Assembly: GCA_001600695.1 (NCBI GenBank)
Contig: BCKQ01000012.1
Span: forward strand, 210,807-274,806
Source of the DNA: Ascoidea asiatica JCM 7603
Lineage: Eukaryota; Fungi; Ascomycota
DNA: 64,000 nucleotides
Direction of reading: 5' to 3'
Position 1 is the stretch's first letter; every line of letters starts with the position of its first letter. The position numbers and the translations under genes were made by a program. Below, in pieces: positions 60,633-64,000 of the stretch. Below the pieces are notes generated by a model. It was not told where the DNA came from, did no database searches, and saw only the letters and a program-made list of their open reading frames with translations.

Positions 60633-61632
60633 TATTATTTATTTAGATTATATAATCTATTATGGATAGGTGATCTATTTATTAATGATTATTTTGTTAT
60701 TTAATATTATAAGTGATGAAATTTAATTGAAGAGAGTAAATGATGAATATAAGTGATAAAGTTTATAGAAAATATATATACATAAATATATATATATATA
60801 TTATATTATATATTTGAATAGTTATAAATACATATAAATTTGAAATTAGAATTAATTAATTAAAAAATCTGTAACTTTTTAAATAATAATTTAAATAATT
60901 TGATTAATAGTTGAAATAATGTATAAAAGAATTGAGAAAAAGAAATGAAATATGAATGAAATTTAGTAAATAATAAACAACTATATGAAATATTATGAAA
61001 TATTTAATAAATGAATTTATTTAATAAGTTATTGAATAAATTATTGAATATTTATTTAATATTTATTTGATATTTAATTAACCTCAAATGGAAAATGAAT
61101 TTTTATTAAATTATTGAAATATGATTAAAAGTGAATAAGAAAAGATGAAAGCGAAACAAGATGATGTTTGCTTTCTTTTGGAATATATACTATTCTTATT
61201 TGATTATTCTTTGACTAAGTTTGTTATTATTTGAATATTATTATTTGTTTATTTTTATTTGATTAGAATAAGTAATGAATTAAAAGATTTAATAGATTCC
61301 AAAGGATATAAATGATATAAAGGTTTAAAATTGGATATAATCACAAATTGTGCTGTTGATTGTTTTAAGTGCAGTTTGGGGCTAAATTGCGGAGCGTCGC
61401 AGAGTGGAAAAGTGTGGACAGTGGCAAGGCGTAGCAGTGGCAGACAGCGGCACGGACTCGAAGCACCGGCAAAGAAGCAGAGAAACAAACAAATAAAATA
61501 AAGGTCTAAATTTATGGGAGAGGAGGTTTAACAGGTTTAGCAGTTTAGTATATGTAGTGGAAGTAGTGGAAGTAGTAGATGAAGACTAGAGACTAGAGAC
61601 TAGAGACTGGAGACTAGAAGAGAGGAAAAGAG

Positions 61633-61827
61633 ATGAAACAATTGTCAAGCTCATGCTGGATATCAACCTATTTATATCTGTTCTCCCACTCACCACTCTC
61701 TCGAGATAAAGATCGTCAGGTACAGATTTCCAATTGTAATCTCATAAAAGAATATCAAATCTAATCAAATCTTATCAACAAAATAACTAGAATATCCAAT
61801 TACTATACTAGAATTAACTTGTTTCAT
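61633..61827. promoter_or_regulatory. Two pheromone-response elements (PRE) upstream of STE12
   Basis: ATGAAACAA at 61633-61641 and its reverse complement TTGTTTCAT at 61819-61827, next to a GC-rich island at about 61370-61700. Confidence 0.5.
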
Positions 61828-62272
61828 TCACTTTTCATTGTTCAATTGAACCTTGTATCTTTAGATTTTTGATTATAGACTCTTTTTGGAATGAAAAATG
61901 AGCCTATTTTAATTGACCTCGTTTAAAATTACAAAATATTCAATTTATGATTTATCATTATTATTACTATTATTATTATTATTATTATTATTTTAATTGT
62001 AATTATTCTATCAATGATGATCATTATAATAACTAGAAAAGAAGAAATTATAGGTAGGGATAACTGACTTACTAGTCCAGATTAATACAATTACAATATT
62101 CAATTACTCCTACTGAAAAATATTTAATCTAAATTTTTTAATAATATTATTATTCATATAATTTATATGACATAATTTAAATATTTCAATGACTCTTTTA
62201 TATTTATTCAATTATTCTATTATTCAATTTAATCGAGAATAGTTTGACTTCATTTATTAAATTTAACTTATT

Positions 62273-63967
62273 TTATTTATCATCTATTTGATTAAAATTT
62301 ATATATTTATATGGATTCATAATACCCTTTGGATCAATTAAATTTTTAATTTTTTTCATCATTTCAATTTCAATTTCATTTTTTGAATAATTTATATAAT
62401 TTTTTTTTTGAAAACCTAAACCATGTTCTGCAGATATTGAACCATTATTATCTTTAATCCACTGATAAATAAATGGTTCTAAACAATTTTCAATTTTTTT
62501 TGAATATTCTCTAACAACAATATTTAAATGTAAATTACCATCACCAATATGTCCATAACCAATAGCAAATTTAACAGGAAAATTTAAATCATTTTCATTA
62601 ATTAAATTAAATTCTTTTAATCTTAAATTAATATCTTCAACTAATTTATATAAATTTTTTAAAGGTATTGAAACATCATATTTATAAACTCCACCATACA
62701 TTGAACTTGCTTCAGATATTGATTCTCTCCAATTCCATAAAGTATTAATTTGATTTTCATCTTGAGCAATAACACCATCATTAATAATTTCATTTTCTAA
62801 AATATATTCTAAAAAATTTTCTAATTTTTCATCATCATGATCTTTATTTGAACCTGAAGTTTCAATTAATATATAAAAATTATGTTCATTATCTAAAGGA
62901 TGAATTTTATTTTTTAAAAAATCTTTTGATAAAATTTGAGAATTTTTATCCATAAATTCAAAAGCACTTAAAATTTCACCTAATTGTTTTTTACTTTCTA
63001 TAAAACATTTTTGTACATTATTAAAATTATTTAAACCTAAAAATGCAACATTTTTATTCATTGGTTTCATTGGACATAAAATTGAAATTCCAGTAATTAT
63101 ACCTAAAGTACCTTCAGAACCAATAAATAATTGTTTTAAATCATAACCAGTATTATCTTTTCTTAAACTATTCATTGAATTTAAAATTTCACCATTTGGT
63201 AAAACAATTTCTAAACCTAAAACAGAACCATGTAAAGAACCATATTTAATTAATCTTAAACCACCAGCATTTGTTGAAATATTACCACCAATTTGACAAG
63301 TACCTTTTGCACCAAGATCTAATGGAAAAATATAATTTTTTGAAATTAAAAATTCATTAATATTTTCTAAAATTATACCAGAATCAATTTTTAAAATTCC
63401 AGAAATTTCATCAAAGGATCTAATTTTATTTAAATTTGATAAATTTAAAATTATTTCATCAAATATTGGTATTGAACCACCAACTAAACCAGTATTACCA
63501 GATTGTGGTACAATTGATAAATTTTTTTCATTACAATATTTTAAAATTTTTGAAATTTGAATTGTTGAAATTGGTTTTAATAATAATTTTGATTGACCTT
63601 TATATTTTTTTAAATGATCTTCATTAAAAGAATCTAATTCATTTGTTAAAATTAAATTTGAATCATTATTTAAAATTTCTTTAAAATATAAAATATCATC
63701 ATTATCTAATTTTTTAAAATTTTTATTTCTTTTTAATTCTGGATAAGATTCTGAAGTTAATTTAACTTCTTTTGAAAGATTTGAGAAATTTGAAAAAAAT
63801 TTTTTATTATTTACTTTATTGAATTTGTTAATAGTTTTTTTTATGATATGAGTATTATTTATATTTGAAAATGATTTATTTGAAAATGATTTATTACTTG
63901 AAATCAATATATTTCTATTTAATATATTTTTTGTTAATATATTTCTAGTTGTTGAAGTTTTAAACAT
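62273..63967 (-). CDS. DLD2: Mitochondrial D-2-hydroxyglutarate / D-lactate dehydrogenase (FAD-linked)
   Basis: [78 protein letters not shown]; basic N-terminal presequence. Confidence 0.94.
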   Translation of the reverse strand: MFKTSTTRNILTKNILNRNILISSNKSFSNKSFSNINNTHIIKKTINKFNKVNNKKFFSNFSNLSKEVKLTSESYPELKRNKNFKKLDNDDILYFKEILNNDSNLILTNELDSFNEDHLKKYKGQSKLLLKPISTIQISKILKYCNEKNLSIVPQSGNTGLVGGSIPIFDEIILNLSNLNKIRSFDEISGILKIDSGIILENINEFLISKNYIFPLDLGAKGTCQIGGNISTNAGGLRLIKYGSLHGSVLGLEIVLPNGEILNSMNSLRKDNTGYDLKQLFIGSEGTLGIITGISILCPMKPMNKNVAFLGLNNFNNVQKCFIESKKQLGEILSAFEFMDKNSQILSKDFLKNKIHPLDNEHNFYILIETSGSNKDHDDEKLENFLEYILENEIINDGVIAQDENQINTLWNWRESISEASSMYGGVYKYDVSIPLKNLYKLVEDINLRLKEFNLINENDLNFPVKFAIGYGHIGDGNLHLNIVVREYSKKIENCLEPFIYQWIKDNNGSISAEHGLGFQKKNYINYSKNEIEIEMMKKIKNLIDPKGIMNPYKYINFNQIDDK

Positions 63968-64000
63968 GTTTTCTTTCTTTTTTGGAGGGGGGGGGGGGGT

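Noticed and set aside
1-64000. CRISPR arrays, transposons/LTRs, rRNA, prokaryotic defence systems
   Set aside because: The repeats are simple microsatellites without spacers; no transposase, gag/pol or rRNA-like sequence was seen, and all recognisable genes are fungal.

Overview
Eukaryotic, extremely AT-rich budding-yeast (Saccharomycotina) chromosomal DNA; it is not bacterial. The (AAT)n/poly-Asn load, the F-box/LRR gene and the rarity of CTG codons would fit an Ascoidea-like species, but that is inference only. Gene order: 5'-truncated C2H2 zinc-finger TF (+), RGI1 (-), aldo-keto reductase (+), MAK16 (-), tRNA-Ala(UGC) (+), PPA2 (+), Cys-rich/Ser-rich GPI-type wall protein (+), highly diverged NMD5-like importin (-), a two-intron complex I NDUFA1/MWFE gene absent from the ORF track (+), KIN4 (-), VPS8 (-), F-box/LRR protein (-), D-amino-acid oxidase-family gene (-), PMA1 (+), HRP1 (-), ESL1/2-like PIN protein (+), a one-intron PCC1 gene absent from the ORF track (-), COM2/MSN-like TF (+), RRG8 (+), STE12 (-), DLD2 (-). 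I see no transposon, CRISPR array or rRNA, and I cannot demonstrate a new multi-gene system. The best leads are the two hidden spliced genes, possible CUG recoding, GC-rich promoter islands with clustered TF motifs, a compositionally eroded importin, conserved gene linkages (PCC1-ESL, VPS8-PMA1) and a candidate structured ncRNA near 30.0-30.3 kb. Family calls come from motifs recognised by eye, not from database searches.
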